Positions 27,297 to 41,465 of a stretch of DNA of 64,000 bases are shown in pieces (the stretch's first letter is position 1; each line of letters starts with the position of its first letter). The DNA comes from Cenococcum geophilum. Its lineage: Eukaryota. The position numbers and the translations under genes were made by a program. The notes beneath the pieces were generated by a model. The model was not told the origin of the DNA. It ran no database searches and was given only the letters and a program-made list of their open reading frames with translations. The stretch spans positions 9,362,001-9,426,000 of the forward strand of contig CP158635.1 in the NCBI GenBank assembly GCA_050273025.1. Reading direction: 5' to 3'.

Positions 27297-29756
27297 CCTC
27301 TAATATTTAATAGAAATGAGAATAACCTACATCTCTTTATAACTAAGCTCTATCTTAAACTTTTAATAAACTATAACTAATACCCTACTAAAGCTAGTAA
27401 GATTAGCTATGGAATGTCTTATTTAAGTAAAGACGCTATGTAAACTATAGACCTATTCTTCCATAATAGCACCTTTATTAATTTTAAAATCTTTATCTCT
27501 TTATAAGAATAAACGTATAATAACGCCAGCTGTAAATATATAGCTATTACTAAACTTAAAAACCTATAATAACGGAACCGAGACTTTACTAGCTTCTTTT
27601 TGGAATTTTTAGGCCTTATTAATAAACTAGATTAGAATAAAGCCGCTAGAGTTACTACTCTCTATTAAGCTATTTTAGATAAAATTAGAGTATAGTTAGT
27701 AAGTAGAGAACTGCTAAAAGACTTACCTAAATTTGCTATAATATGTTAATAAATTAATAAAAACCTCTAATATAATAAATAGACTTATTCTCTAAAGCTA
27801 ACTATATCTTACGTCTAAAACTCTATAAAATTAATATATACTTTAAAGCGCAATCTATCTCTAAGACCTAAAAGCCCTATATATAACTCTATAGACCTTA
27901 ACGCCGCTTAATCCTATATACCCTTAAAAACTAATAAATAAAGAATATAAGCTGTAAATAGAGAAGATTTTAGATATAGAAAAAGGGGATCTATTTAAAG
28001 GGATTGCTAAACTTACCCTTTTAAAAAGGTCTACCGTAGCTCCTCTTAGTCCTTAAGTTACACTTATTCCATAAATTATACTTAGTTGCTATAAAGTATC
28101 TTACCTATAATTAACTTAGAAAATAAATTATCCTAGGGCTAAGTTACGCCTTAAAATAAGAAGTAAAAGAGTATAAGTGTTTAGGCTCTTTTAGCGCTAA
28201 TATATAATACAACTCCTTTAATATACTTCGCAAAATTTAAATATTTAGAAAATAGAAGAAAGTATAAATCCTTATAGATAGCGGAGCTACTAGTATAGGC
28301 TTTATTAATATAAACTACGCGAAAACTTAACGCTTAAATTTAAAGAAACTTAATAAGCCCTAAGGCCTATAAGGCTTTAATAGTAAGGCTTTAATATATA
28401 GCGAACTAACGTACTATACTCTTATAAAAATGCAAATAGGCGAATATCTTAAATACGTTTCCCTATTTATAATACCTTTAAAGTATTATAAGGTAATACT
28501 TAAATATAGATAGCTAAAATAACACAACTCTTTAATTAGCTAGGTTAAAAAAAATACTAAAATTCCGTACAACCTACTGCCGAAATTATTATTTAAAATA
28601 CTACTTACCCTATAAACATACACACGACTATTTAAATTTAATATAATATAAATTACCCTTACTATAAACCTTAAACTAATATAATAAAGTTATAACTGCT
28701 AATTACGGTAAAGAATGCGAAGATAATATATTAAAACCCCTTAAATTTTATATAGTATAAGCTGTACCCTTTTATTTATTAGTAAGAAAATAAGACTATA
28801 AAATCTTTGCTATAACATTAAAAGATATTAAGAAGGCGTTAGAACTAAAGCAATATATTAACCCCTAACCTTTTATACCTAAAGAATATTATAATCTAAT
28901 TAATATGTTTAAGAAACGATTCGCAAACTAATTACCCCTATATTAAGATAAGTACGATTTTAAAATAGAACTTAAACCTAGTATAATGCCAAAGTTTAGC
29001 CCGTTATACGGTATATTATAAAAAGAGCTACTTATAATATAGTAATACCTTAAAAAGCACCTAGAAAAAGGATTTATTCGCCCTAGTTAATTACTATTTA
29101 CCTTATTTATACTATTTGTTAAGAAACCTAAAGGAGGCTTAAGGTTCTATATTAATTATTAAGCCCTAAATATAATTACGATTTAAAACTAATATTTAAT
29201 TCCTTTATTTTAAGAAATGCTTAACTACTTAGTAAAAGTATAATACTTTATAAAGCTTAATATAGTCACTACCTTTAATCAAATCCGTATTTATAAAGGA
29301 GATAAAAAGTATATAGCTTTTTGTATATAATAGGGACTTTTTAAATACCTAGTAATGCTATTTAGTATAAAAAACGGTCCTAGTATGTTTTAGTAATACG
29401 TTATTAATATATTTTATAAATTCCTTAATATATTTATTACCGCGTATATTAATAATATCTTAATTTATTTATCTTTACTTTCTAAGTATTAGAAGTATAT
29501 TTAAATAGTCCTTAAACGTCTATAAGACGCAGGCTTATAATACGATATTAAGAAATATAAGTTTTATATATTTAAAGTTACGTACTTAGGCCTAATTATA
29601 TCCCGTAATAAAATTAAAATAGATACTAAAAATATCGCTATAATTATAAACTAGGAAAGTCCTAGTAGTATATAAGATATCTAAGGATTTCTAAAATTTG
29701 CAAATTTTTACCGTTAATTTATTAATTACTTTTTAAAAATTATTTAGCTATTAGTA

Positions 29757-29875
29757 ACGTAAGTGATGGGGTTATAAAGGTGTCCCTAGTTATGAAGGTT
29801 TGCGGGTTTTGCAAACAAATTTTGTCTATGCGCTTGTTTTGATGTGCGAAACCTTCATAACCCCATCACTTACGT
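29757..29875. mobile_element. 119-bp MITE of Tc1/mariner (pogo/Fot1-like) type
   Basis: 25-bp TIRs ACGTAAGTGATGGGGTTAT(A/G)AAGGT with one mismatch; TA duplicated at 29755-29756 and 29876-29877; interrupts pol of element D. Confidence 0.92.
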
Positions 29876-32753
29876 TAAACTTAATAAGAAAGAATATAAG
29901 ATTTAAATAAACTACTAAATATAAATAAGCTTTTAATAACCTAAAATATTATTTTATAACTACTCTAATTCTTACCTACTTTAATTTAGACCTTAAATAT
30001 ATTATTAAAACAGACTCGTCTAACTATATACTAAAAGGAGTATTATTATAATATAATAAGAACGGCGAGTTGCGCCTAGTAGCCTTCCTCTTCTAGAAAC
30101 CTATCCCTATTAAATTAAACTATAAGATATATAATAAGGAACTACTTATAATTATTAGATGCTTTAAATAATAGCGCCTAAAACTTAAAGGATTGTTATT
30201 CCTAATACGCGTATTAACGGACTATAAAAACCTGTAGTACCTTATAACTATAAAGTAATTAATATAACGCTAAATTTATTAAGCCGAATACCTTTTATAA
30301 TTTAACTTTAAGATTATATACCGATATAGTAAACTTAATTAGAAGCTTAATTTATTAATATAATAATTATAGGACTTACCTATAAACGCCTCTAATAAAT
30401 AGATTATAAATTAATTATAAATTCTACTGCCCCCTAAACGCTTTAAGAAACTACGCCCTATATTTTTAAACGTGGAGCTTAATAGGGATAAATTAGAAAT
30501 TAATAAATGGGATATAGAAATTAATAAATTAATAGAGTACAAATATAAGAATAACCCCTAGATAGTAAATATAATAAAAGCGATTTAAATAGGGAAACGG
30601 TAATATAAGGATATTACACTCGCTAAATATAAAATCTATAATAATTGGTTATACTATTAATAGAAGATAGTAGTCCTAAATTCTAAACCCTTATAATTTA
30701 AGATGCTCGAATTTATATACAATTCCCTTATAGTAGGGTATCCTAGCTATATAAAGACCTATAAGATTATCTAATAAGTATATTACTAGCCTATAATATA
30801 CAACTATATATAAAAATATGTTTAAGTATATAGGAAGACCTCTTATATAAAGAAGTAAGGAGTACTTTAACCGTTGCCAATTCCAATATAAAGATGGCGA
30901 GATATCTTAATTAACTTTATAGTTAATCTACCTAATAGTAATAGGTTTACGAATATTATAGTAGTTATTAACTATTTTATAAAAATATAATATAAAATTC
31001 CTATAGACTTAATTAATATAATATTAGTAGCCAAATGTTTTATTAAGTACGTCTTTAAGCTATATAGACTTTTTAATTTAATAATATCTAACCGCGGAAG
31101 CTAGTTTATTTTAGACTTTTAGTAAACCCTATATAAACGATTAAGTATATAAAAAAAATTCTATTTAATATTATCCCTCTTTAAATAAAGAATGATCTAA
31201 TAGTATATACAACTCTTAACTGCATTTTATCTAGAAATAGATAGTTAAACTAAAATTGCGAACGCAATTATAAAATAATACTTATTAATATACTACTCCT
31301 ACCTATAAGATGACTAGGAAAAATAGCTACTATTAGCTAAGTTTACTGCGAATAATATAAGAAACAAATTAATAGGCGTAATGCCGTTCTACGCGACCTA
31401 TAGATAAGACCCTTAACTTAGATTTAAACTATAACCCAAAATTAATATAATAGGACCTATGATTAAGAGGATTTAACTAATTAACGTATATAACTTTGCT
31501 AATTAAATAAAGCAGTTAACGGAACTATTATAAAGTAAATTAGCGTACGCTTAAACGGTATAGGAATAGCATATAAATAAAGAATAAGCTCCCGCGTAGG
31601 ACTTTAAGAAAGGTAATATAGTTTACCTAAATATATAAAACCTAAAGACTTAACAACCTTTAAAGAAACTAGACTAGAAGTTTACGGGCCTATACTAAGT
31701 TAAGAAGAAACTAAGCCCATATACTTATAAATTTAAACTATTAACTAAAATAAAAATATATCTAATGTTTTATATAAACTTGCTGCAACCCTTAAAGGGT
31801 AAACCTATAACTCGCGAAGTACTACCGCTACCTCCCATAATTATTAACAATGGTAATAGTTCTTACTTTATTAACTTAATTAATAATATACAATAGAAGA
31901 TATAATCTAAATAATTTAAACTTCTTGTTAAATAGGAAGGATATAAAATATAAACTTAGGAAACCTATAACTAGATTAAAACCGATACGCCTTCCTTAAT
32001 AAAAGAATTCTATAAGGACTATCCTTTATAGCCTATTTTAGCTAGATAGACACGATATAAAAGTAAATAATTACTACCTAACATAAATACACAAAACACG
32101 ATAGTGGGAAGCTTAAAATTAAAAAAGACTTAAAATATATTATAATGTTTATGATATAATTACGTAATATATAAGATATTAAGGAACTTCAACCGCTAGT
32201 TAAAGTTATTTAATTAGTTAGATCCGCCTTGCCAAGACCTATTATAAAGATATTAGTTTTACTCACCGCCTTAACCAAGTTAATAGCGATTTTCTATCCT
32301 GGGGATAGAAAATCCTAATTAGCCCATTTAACGATAGAATTAGTAAAACCCTATACTGCCACCTAACGCAAAAATATAATACGCAATAAGTTATAAGTCT
32401 TAACTAAAATTAAATTATTTAGACCTTTAGCTAAAAGGGGGGTACTATAACGGGACTAGCCTAGTTATAGTAAGTATGTCTTAGTGAAACACTTAACAGA
32501 TAAATTCTAACGCTTTAACCAAAATCTGCTAGATTAATTAAATTACTAAAGTCCGTTAAAGACCGCGTATATATATACGCACGCATTAACCACAAAGCCC
32601 CTAACTATTTAATTATATAATTCTCTTATTATTTCTTTCTCTTCTTTACGCAACGTCTTGTTCTTAGCGAGAGCTATATACCCTTAGATTTAGATAGAAT
32701 TTATATCATTCCTTTAAATCTTCCCTAAAGTCTCTTTACGTCCTTACAAAGAT

Positions 32754-35700
32754 ACGTAATAAGAAAGCTTAAGATAAATAGCTTCCTTAATACAGTTAAA
32801 TAACAACTTTAAGACCTAGAAGAAATCCACCCAATACTAAACAAGCGAGGCTTATTAGCTACCCCTAAGGAAATTAACCAAAGACTAAAAAGGATTTAGG
32901 TAGCAATTAAAAACGGGCTAAAAGAGTACTGCCCGGTCTTAAAACCGGGCCCCTATATACGATATATATATTCCGTATAATGCGCAGTTCTTATTACCAG
33001 TTAATAATAAGTAAAAAGAAAATATATAAGTAGCTATAATTCTAAAGATAAGAGATAATATAAAGATACAAGAAACTAGCTAAAGAATACCCTAAAAAAA
33101 GAAGTAAGGAATAGCTAGAGACGGTTTATAAATAAGCATACTATTAACCCGAGACTCCCCTATAATAAAGGTCTTTAGAGAATAGCAAAATAAGTAAAGA
33201 GAAAGGTGGGACGTCTAGTAGAAAACCTATACCTTCCGCCCCTGTAAAGACTAGGTAAATTACTAACTATAAGCAATAATAATAAAAAGGCAAAGATCCT
33301 TATAGAAAGATTTTTCCCTTAACCAGCTTTAGTAGACCTTAGCGATATTATAGGCGAAGCACTAGTGACTCGCCTAAAGGTTAACAGCGATATAATAACT
33401 AAAGAAATGGCCAGAACTATTAGCCGCCTTTTAAATAATATAGCACTAGGACTAGATAGGACCTAAATAAAGCCTAAAGACCTACGGACTACTAGTAGCA
33501 CCTTAGCTTACGGATATAGCTAGAGTATACTTTATAATAGGCTACTACCTAAGACTTAGAAGAGCTATAATAACGTTTATTCTATGTAAAGAAGGTAAAG
33601 CAGACTACTTATTTCTAGGGAGCTACCGTCCTATTGCCTTAGAGAATACCCTTAGTAAGATCTTAGAAAGGGTAATAGCGGACTATATAGCAGATACGGC
33701 TAAGAAATACGCCCTACTACTATAAAGCTAAATAGGGGCAAGAAAGAACCGCTTAATACTATTAGCACTTATACTACTCGCTGCCACTATTAAATCTATA
33801 TAGGCGATGCGAAGGGACTTTATAGTATTAATACTTAGCCTAGATATTAGTGGCGCCTATAATAACGTCCCCTATAAGCGTCTCCTATATATCCTTAGGG
33901 TAAAAGGCTTCCTAGAATAGATTATATAATTTATTTAAGAGTTTATAGGTTAAAAAGAAATATTACTAGTCTTTAGCGGATACTAAAGCCCCCCTATTAT
34001 AGTTGTAATAGGAATACCATAAGGATTACCCCTCTTACCTATACTTTTCCTTTTCTTTATAAGCAACCTACTTAACTTTTTTAAGGAAGGGGCAACCTAG
34101 GGGATAGGCTTTATTAATAATATAAACCTAATTATATATAGGCTAATAGCTGTAAAGAATTACAGAACACTAGAGAAAGCTTATAATACCTATATAGAAT
34201 AGGCAAGATAATATAGAGTCTAATTCTTACTAGAGAAATACCAGCTAATCTATTTTATAAGAAAACGTAACTAATCTGTAGATCTTTAGTATATAATCCG
34301 TATTTAAGGCTTTAAGGGTTAACTAGTTTAAGGCCTAAAAGTATTAGGAGTATAGGTAGTTAGTAAGCTCTAGTAAAGCGTATATGCGGTATAAGCGGCC
34401 TATAAGGGCTAAGTATAGTATATTATATTATCTAGGATTATTAATTTTATATAAGGCCTATACTTTTAAAGGTTACCCCTACTATATATAGTAATAGTCC
34501 GGCCAACTATAACATATAGGTCCAGTATTTGGGCTATTAGAGAATCTAAAAAAGGCCCCCCTAAATCGCTCCTTTAACTACTCTAAAAGGTCTAAATAGC
34601 CTACCTTTAGAGTATAATAGGCGGATATAAGCGAACGGCTATAGTACTGCTTAAGAAGGAAGCTAATATTCCCCCCCTATAACTATATATTAAAGCCGCT
34701 GTAATATAAAGGGCATAAAAGAAACGTAACTTTAATATTATAAAGTATATTAAAATACGCCTAAATAAACTATAGAGGGACTCTAAGGCGCCTTATAGGA
34801 GAACAAACTAATAACCCTAAAGTAGGGAAGATATATTAGAGAAATAGGTAAAGAAAGTAGAAGAAGAATAGTGCTGCTTTAGGGCCTAGGCCTATATAGA
34901 GGAGAAAGGGAGACGCGTAAGAGGCCAGTAAGAATAATAGTAAGAGAGAGAAAGGAGCTAAAGTAGAGTATAAAAGAACGCTAGGAAACTATCTACTATA
35001 ATATAATACTGGCTAAACTAATACTAGAGAGGTGTATAGGAGTTAAAGGTATAGAGGCTAATTAAGGCAAGAGGAACCTAAGCCGTAGTATAGTTAACGC
35101 TATAGGGGGTAAATACTCTAGGGCTCTAAGAAGGCCTAATAAAGGCAGAAAATATAATGGCAATACTCTTAAGAATAAGAATAATAGAACTAAAAGCCTA
35201 ACTTTACTAGGTAGGTGTCCTAGTAGGTAGCCTAAGATGTAAATATAGCTGGTTAAGATAGACACTAAAATACGTAATACTATTATACCCCTTACGCACT
35301 AACTAAGAAGTAATACTCTTAGTAGCTGGTATAGAGAACTATAAGACACTACTCTTGATATAAAAAGGCCTTAAGGTAGTTACCTAGTAGCTTATTATCT
35401 AAAATATACTAAACCAGTTCTAGGTTATAAAGGAAATAGTAATAAAAGGTAGGGGGGCGAGTAACGGGCGCCCCCTAATAACTCTATAGTAGTAGAGTAA
35501 AGTTTATAATACTAGCGCGTCTATAGGCTTATTACAGCAGTAGTAGTTCCTAAGGAGGTTAAAAAGTAAGGTAGTAGGAGTACTATAGGCGACTTGCAGG
35601 CGCCTTATAGGCGCCCTATAGGCGAGTCCTAAAAGGCAGGAAGATATATTACAGGGTTTTCTTAAATAGAGTTTTCTCCCTATATGTATATAAGGAGTAG

Positions 35701-35757
35701 TTTACATAGGCCTAATAGGGATCTAAATCGGACGTTAAGCAATGTATTATTATTATA
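32754..35757 (+). pseudogene. LINE piece 4: ORF2 reverse transcriptase, C-terminal CCHC finger, 3' UTR and short (TAT)n tail
   Basis: APGPDG near 33442, YRPIALENTL.K near 33624, GIPQGSPLSPILF near 34011, GF.DD near 34107, C.CGWSRQTPKH...CP at about 35235-35290 (de-RIPped); no RNase H seen. Confidence 0.9.
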
Positions 35758-38700
35758 TATTAGCCTACTTAATAAATAACTTAATAAAGATAAATAGACG
35801 GAAATAGATAGTTTTATCTATAATAGGAACTACTACTAAAAAATAATATAAAAGCCGTTTTATAATTAACTATAGAGCTACTAACTAATTTATAAATACT
35901 TAATTTATACGCACTTATAACCTACCTATCTTACCCCTTATTAAAGCCCGCGCCTTATAATTTGCTAATAGTAGTTATATCGTATAAAAGATTACCTATA
36001 TAGTATAACTCTACTTAGATATAAATAGGCACTAGGAAGAACTCTAGGCCTATATTATACTACTTACTAACTACCCTATTATTCTTAGAATAAGCTAGCT
36101 TAAATAATATAACCCTACTATTAACTAACAAAAGAAAGAAATAACCTTTAACTCTAAATACTATAGAGAGACTTACCTAGGACATAGCCTAGCCGCCTCT
36201 ATTTACTTACTAGGATATTAACCTAAAAAAACCCTTATTACCCTACCTATGATTAATTGCTACTATATAAGTGCTATGGCCTTTTACTATTTAGTATATA
36301 GGAAAGGCTAAACCGTTACTATAGCTTCCTATTTATAACTATATAAGCTTAATAAAGAATAGAACTACGTCCTCTATAGTAATAAGGTAAATATAGTTAA
36401 CCTTTTAAAAGACGACGCCCCTATAAAACTCTATAGACTTTTACCTTTAGACTTTAAGAAGTTTATAAAGCTTAAAAAAGGACTTACTAATAAAGAACTC
36501 TATAAGCTCCTCCCTAAGAGGTACTATAACTTTATTAATATATACTTATAAAAGGGCGTAGATATACTTTCCCCATATTAACCTAATAACTATGCTATTA
36601 ATATTAAATAAGGAAAAACGCTACCTTATAAGAGACCCTACCTAATATTAAAAGATAAACTTTTAGTTATAAGAAAGTATATTAACAAGTACCTTAATAA
36701 AGGGTTTATTTGTCCTAGCATATTACTAGTAGCCGCCCCTATTCTTCTCGCTAAGAAGTTAAAAGGAGGTATTTAATTTTATATTAACTATAGAGGACTT
36801 AACGCTATTATAATTAAAAACTAATACCTAGTACCGCTTATACGGGAGACCTTTAAGCGGCTTAGCTAAGCTAAAATCTATACTAAGCTTAATATTATTA
36901 CCGCCTTTAACTATCTCTAAATATAGAAAGGTAATAAATAGAAAACCGCATTTATATTACGCTTCGGCTAATTTAAATATACTATTATACCCTTTAGCGT
37001 ATATAACGGCCTAAGCACCTTCTAAAGCTATATTAATAACGCCTTATAAGACTATCTTAATAACTTCTACTCTGCGTACCTAGACGATATACTTATTTAT
37101 AATAATAACCCTTTTAAGCATACTAAGTACGTTTAAAAGGTCTTATAGCGCCTTAGGGATATAGGACTCTATATTAATTTAAAGAAGTGTAAATTCTTAG
37201 TTATAGAAGTAAAATACCTTAAACTAATTGTTACTACTAAGGGTATTTATATAGACCCTAAAAAGGTATATACAGTTACTAAATGGTAAGCCCCTAACTA
37301 TATTAAGGACGTATAAGCCTTTCTTAGTTTTACTAACTTCTATTAAAAATTTATATACAACTTCTTAGGCGTGGTAGTACTACTTATAGTAATAATGCAA
37401 ATAAAGGGCCTTTTTATAAAAGAAAGAAAAATATATTTATGCTTTACCTAAACGCCTAAATATAAGAAGGCGTTTTAAAACCTTAAAAATACTTTTACTA
37501 AAGCACTTATCCTAGCTTACTTTATACTAGAATAATAACTTTATCTTAAAACTAACTCCTTAGACTATATTAACATAGGCGTCCTTTTTTAAATAGGTAA
37601 TAACAGTCTTCTTTACCTAGTTGCATTCTACTTATCTAAGCTTATACTATAAGAGTATAACTATAATGTCACGGAACCCCACCGCAGGGGCCTCTATAGG
37701 AGAGCCCCGTGCTCTCGCGTACACCTCGCGTATAGCTTATGTCAGCTACGCGTAGGTATATCACCTCCTTACACCCTCGACCCTTACGATCGATCGCGCA
37801 ACGCCTTGTAGACTCCTCAAATACATACGCTTTGTAGCCACTGCTCTTGTCCCGTGATATATAAGATCTATAATAAGGAACTTCTTATAATTATATAAGC
37901 GTTTAAGGAATTTTAACTAGAACTCTTTTTAGTAGAACCTAATTAGCCAACCAAAGTCCTTACGGCTTATTATAACTTTAAGTACTTTATAACTATAAAG
38001 TAGCTAAACTAATACTACGTACGCTAGAACGAGTTTCTCTTTAGTTTTAACTTTAAAATTATATATAGACTAGGAGTATAAGGTATTAAGCCTAATAGCC
38101 TAATATACCGCTTATAAGACCTTTATAATTAGTTCTAATAACAACTAATCCTAAAAGCATAAAATTTGGCCCTAGGTATACTACCTATAATAGAGCTAAC
38201 TAAACCTTAGCTTTATACTATAGAACTAGAGTTATCTCCTAAAATTAATAAGCTTATTATTACAGTATATAATACCTTTATTAACCTATTACTATATTAA
38301 CTTATTACCGTAAAGACCACTAGCGCCTATACGCTACCTACTAATCTCTAAAGCTTAGGCTAAATTAATATAGTAGCCTTAAAAGTAAAAGAGAATAGGC
38401 TCTATTATAGAGGCCACCTATTTATTCCCAACTTAGAAAATTTATAACGGTAACTAATCTAAATGGCCTATAACCTTTAATTAAGCGGCTACCTAAATAG
38501 AGGAAGAACCTATAAGCTTTTTAGCCGATATTACTTCTAGCTAAAAATAATAGACTTAGTTAAACGCTTTTATAGGCGCCTGCTACGGTTATAAGTATAC
38601 TAAGGCCTTTAATATAAAGCACTAAGGACTACTATACCCTTTACTAGTATCTATACGATAATAGGTAGATATTGCTATAAATTTCGTTATTAACCTACTA

Positions 38701-40321
38701 CCCCACAAACAACACGGCCGTACCTATAAGAACATCCTTATAATAATATACCGACTTATAAAAGAGCGCCACTACGTCCTAACTAAAGGCGTAGCCGTTA
38801 GCGACGTTACTAACGCCTTTTTCTGCAAAGTTTACTGACTATATAGGTTACCTAACTCTATTACGTCTAACTAAGGCATATAATTTAACTCTAATATATA
38901 AAGACGAATCTACTAACGCCTTAGCATCTCTGTTAAGATATTTATATCCTTTTATTATAAAACTGCTAGGTAACTAGAAAACGCTAATACTAGTATAAAA
39001 GCGTACCTATAATAAGTAGTTGCCTATAGTTAAAATAACTAGGTAGATTACCTCCTACTAAATAAATTTATAGTGAATAATTATGTCTTAACTACTATAG
39101 GACTTACCCCGTTCTTTGTGAATAAGGGTTATTACCCCTAATCCGGTATAGAGCCACTAAAACCTATTAATAAGAAACTACTATATAAAAAACGCCTTAA
39201 GATACTACTTATTAACTAGTATATAGACTATATAAAAAATCTACTTAACTACTATAAGGGAGAAATGGCTTAGGCTTAAGTAAAGTAGGCCTACTTTACT
39301 AACCGTTATAGAACGCCACTACTAAAGATACGTGTTAGTAACTAGGTATAGCTAAATATATATAATATCTTTACGTAGAGGCCTATAAAGTTACTTAATT
39401 ATAAAAACCTTAGCCCCTATTTAATTAAATAAGTTATTAATAGAGGAGCTATATATAAGCTAGAACTTCTACTTACCCTAGCTACCCGCGGAATATAGCC
39501 CGTATTTTACCTATAACTACTATACCTTTATTAGCCTAACCCCTTACTAGGGTAGATATAGCCTAAACCCCTACTAGTATTAATTTAAAATAAGAATAAA
39601 GATAAAAACTATAAGGAGTAGACCGTTAAACAAATTATTAACTTTAAATACTTTAGTAAAGGTAAAGGACGACGGCTTTACTACAGAGCTATATATATAG
39701 GATTTAATATAGATTAGCCAGAATAGCAACTATAAAAAGACTTTTAAAATGCAAAGGATTTAATTAGCAACTTTTACTACGTAAACCTATAGAAACCGGG
39801 CCTAAGTAGAGATTTTATACCTAATCCTCTATAAGAGCCCTTATAGAGTTAAACCGTTATATATTACCACGTAAGGGCAAATTACCGTTAGATTATAATA
39901 AAGTGCGATTACGTAACCGGAATATTGTTAGGATATTTAGGAACTTTAACCAGCGGTTAAAGTTATCTAATTAGTTAGATTTTTAGATACTAAGCCTTAT
40001 TATATAACATTGTTTTAAACCTTTAGTAATACCCCCCTTTCTTCTTTTCTATACCTTAAGTGTCCCTTTTATATATATATAGTAACCACAGTGTTACTAA
40101 AGCTCCGCCTCTATAGGAGGGGGGGTAGTATTATAAAACCCCACCGCAGGGGCCTCTATAGGAGAGCCCTATACTCTTATATACACCTTACATACAGCTT
40201 ATATTAGCTATGCGTAGGTATATCACCTCCTTACGCCCTTAACCCTTACGATCAATCGCGTAACGTCTTATAGACTCCTCAAATACATACGCTTTGTAGC
40301 CACTGCCCCCGTCCTATAACA
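35754..40321 (+). mobile_element. Ty3/Gypsy family A copy 3: pol through 3' LTR (5' part lies upstream of the LINE, outside the window)
   Basis: Sequence resumes at the position equivalent to about 22907 of copy 2 directly after the LINE tail; 3' LTR at 40129-40321. Confidence 0.93.
37667..37859 (+). mobile_element. Solo LTR of family A, lightly RIPped, inside the RNase H of copy 3
   Basis: 193 bp, TGTCACGG...CCGTGATA; TSD TATAA (37662-37666, 37860-37864). Confidence 0.94.
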
Positions 40322-40622
40322 GTCCTATAGATATATTTAAGTTCCTTCTTAGAAAGAAGAGTAGATAAGCTTTAGATAATATTAGTAACTTAGTTAATTA
40401 AGGTATAAGTACGGTAAGAGGGACGCGTAAGCCTATATAATTAGTAGTCTATAAATAAGGATTTAAAGCTAAGAAAAGGAAAGGAGATAGAGGGTGGCGC
40501 TACTTAACGTTATATATAATCCTCTAGTTACGTAATAGCAATTATCTAAAACTGTCTAAAACTATCTACGATTGTCCGCCACAATCCACTAATATTTACT
40601 AGTTTTTACTAGCGCCGTAATA
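40322..40622. repeat. Probable partial LTR of an unidentified element (E), interrupted by family A copy 3
   Basis: Non-coding with short internal repeats; ends in an LTR-like terminus CCGTAATA (compare GTAACA) exactly where Copia coding sequence resumes; partner LTR not in window. Confidence 0.55.
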
Positions 40623-41270
40623 TAATCTAAATTAAAAATACCTTAATGTAGTAAACTAAACTATTGCCTATTGTCTTAGAACAAAATTAATAGCTATTAA
40701 ATACTCTAGCGAAGCTTTTAGAGTATACGTTTACTTTAAAAACCCTAAAGAAGAAAATATAACCTTTTATAGAGTATTTAATATAGTAATTACAGACTAT
40801 AAAGAGACTAGATAAAGCTTTCAAGGATATCTCTTTATACTATTTAGAGGACTAATTAATTAAAAAGTAATCCTATAGTGATATATTACTTAATTAACTA
40901 CTAAAGCCGAACTTTACTCCCTGTCTACTACCACTATTAAAATTATCTAGTAGTAACGATTCCTTAAAGTAATCGGCTTTAATTTAGAACGCAAATTTAC
41001 CCTACTATACAACAATATATAAACTATACGCCTACTAAGACAGGATATACTAAAACTTAATACTAAGATTTAATATATTAATATTTATTAGTGCTAGCTT
41101 AAATAGGAAGTCTAAGATAAAAAGATTAACGTTTAATAGGTTTTTATGGCTAAAATGCCTACTAACAGCCTTACTAAAATCTTACTCCATTAAAAGCATA
41201 AAGCATAAATAAAGCAGTTAAATTTAGTAGATATTTAATATTATATTACTATTCTATCTAGTAACTAACA
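40623..41270 (+). pseudogene. Ty1/Copia RT C-terminus and RNase H remnant
   Basis: De-RIPped motifs D..ETR.S.QGYLF.LFGG.I.WK..LQ....STTEAE, CDN.Q, K.RH.DI...WL.QEV, MPADGLTK.L. Confidence 0.9.
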
Positions 41271-41274
41271 CCTT

Positions 41275-41345
41275 TATAATATTTGCAATATCTGCAAAAT
41301 CTGTAATATTCGCAATATCTACAGTATTTATAATATTTATAGTAT
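41275..41345 (+). repeat. Degenerate 9-bp tandem repeat (TGCAATATC-like) in the Copia 3' UTR
   Basis: Consecutive units TTGCAATAT/CTGCAAAAT/CTGTAATAT/TCGCAATAT/CTACAGTAT. Confidence 0.6.
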
Positions 41346-41465
41346 GCTGTTATAATTACCCTATCCTTTTACTACTCCAAAATTATATCTAAATTTTCTA
41401 TCTTTGGTACAGTTTCTACCTTTATTTATTTTCTACAGCTTTAACTATATCGTTAAATCTAGGGG

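Larger units (their letters stand above)
20325..32748 (+). mobile_element. Full-length Ty3/Gypsy family D element, interrupted by family A copy 2 and a MITE
   Basis: 303-bp LTRs at 20325-20627 and 32446-32748; TSD AAGAT (20320-20324, 32749-32753); PPT AAAAGGGGGG near 32433; pol remnants at about 28140-32100. Confidence 0.95.
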
